Assembly: GCA_024704765.1 (NCBI GenBank)
Contig: JAKMXF010000312.1
Location: forward strand, 260,208 to 324,207
Reading direction: 5' to 3'
DNA: 64,000 bases
From: Oopsacas minuta
Lineage: Eukaryota; Animalia; Porifera
The position numbers and the translations under genes were made by a program. Of this stretch, positions 62,766-64,000 are shown in pieces. Each line of letters opens with the position of its first letter. Position 1 is the stretch's first letter. The notes under the pieces were generated by a model. It saw nothing but the letters and a program-made list of their open reading frames with translations, was not told the origin of the DNA and did no database searches.

Positions 62766-63473
62766 CAGTGTATTAGAGATTTTCGCGTGTACGCGTACAC
62801 ACTAAATGTTTTGGGTGTACACGTACACACGAGTATTTTTTAGTGTATTAGAGTTTACCCTAGCATATGGGTAGTTTATATGTTTTGTTTGTGATTAGTA
62901 CATACCAGCTGTAGCGTCATTGATCAGATGTTATTACGTTTGTTGTCGTTGTTGCTACTAATCGGATGTTATTTCTTGGATATAAACTATATTTGTAATA
63001 ATACATATGAGCATACACTCAATATATATAATATTTGCCTGTTGATGGATTCAAGGAAACAGAATTTTATCGAATCATTATTGAAGTTGCCGGATCAATT
63101 TATGAAATTTATGCCACATTATCAGCATAAGATGCGTGACATAATTATCTTAGAAAGAAACAAGAGCCAGAAAAAGAACTAAACAAACAAGACGCAAATA
63201 AAATGAACATTAATGTAATGGAACTATAAACACAAACAAAATGATGAGAACTATATCAAGAAAATGAAGTTATATGCACGAATGCATCGTGATCTTGCGG
63301 TAGACAAGTTATACATAATCTGTGAACACCTCTGACCACAATGCCATAGAAATACACAGGGTATTATATAAACAACCCATATGCTATGGTAGACTCTAAT
63401 ACTCTAAAAATATTCGTGAGTACACCCGGACATTTAGTGCATACACGTACCCACGAAAATCTCTAATACACTG
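62766..63473. mobile_element. Non-autonomous DNA transposon with ~120-bp imperfect TIRs
   Basis: cagtgtattagagattttcg...cactaaatgt...ccctagcatatgggt is mirrored by acccatatgctatggtag...acatttagtg...cgaaaatctctaatacactg. Confidence 0.75.
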
Positions 63474-63575
63474 CAAGATATTTAGCAGTGTGAAGTCATT
63501 TGAAATATATCGTCGAAACAATATAATATTTACAAACAAGGAAAGGAATGTATATGACAGTTAGAAAATACTCAC

Positions 63576-64000
63576 CAAGGTATGAACCATATTCATTCTC
63601 TGTTTACGCAAAATCTTAACAGTATTGAATAGGTTGATAGATTTTCTTATGTTAAAATCTCTAATAGAATTCAACACTGTCAGTATGATGCCAGTCTTAG
63701 AGATACCATCTTCACAATGTATTATTATAGGAACATTATTTGAGTCTTGTTTCTGTTTCATAATTTTGGTCAAAAGTCCGATAACATACAATGAATCAAG
63801 TACAGTACCATCTTCATTCCATATTGGAGATATACACTGAGTGAATGAGTGTTCCTTTCCTGCTAAAGTATTCTTCAAACATATTTCCTGTTTTACAAAT
63901 GCATTCGTTTCAGTAGAATTGATCAAAGTAGAAACAAAAGGTTCACAATTGATAGGTTCATCCTTCTTAGGCCAGTAACAGACACGATTAGATATACCAC
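63576..64000 (-). CDS. Receptor-type protein tyrosine phosphatase, C-terminal (D2-like) domain exon; gene enters from beyond the window end
   Basis: CYWP..., PIIIHCEDGISKTG (signature Arg replaced), INLFNTVKILRKQRMNMVHTL, then a gtgagt donor. Confidence 0.8.

Overview
Eukaryotic (animal), AT-rich genomic DNA with short GT-AG introns. Gene content and compactness suggest a sponge, possibly a glass sponge such as Oopsacas; this is an inference, not a database result. The window has two parts. (1) About 0-37 kb is a dense block of housekeeping genes: TRIAP1, a SANT-domain gene, EIF3I, ARFRP1, a PAP2 lipid phosphatase, ZC3H11A-like, TRMT44, POLRMT, a HUNK-like kinase, NOMO and WASP. The multi-exon TRMT44 gene (about 13.6-23.3 kb) hosts two nested genes: intronless POLRMT on the same strand in its last intron, and an NHL gene antisense in another intron. 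Three about 88%-identical intronless coiled-coil+NHL genes are scattered through the block, and their differences cluster at equivalent beta-propeller blade positions. (2) About 37-64 kb is rich in repeats and pseudogenes: a TE-disrupted INTS3 fragment, a second NHL family (one intact, one dead), degenerate LRR genes, a Gly-tailed membrane-protein remnant, OPLAH and OSBP-like fragments, Tc1/hAT/integrase remnants, many MITEs, and the 3' end of a receptor PTP. I saw no tRNA, rRNA or CRISPR array. The best candidate for an undescribed system is the dispersed, diversifying NHL-propeller gene repertoire. All identifications come from motif recognition by eye, and exon coordinates are hand-derived.
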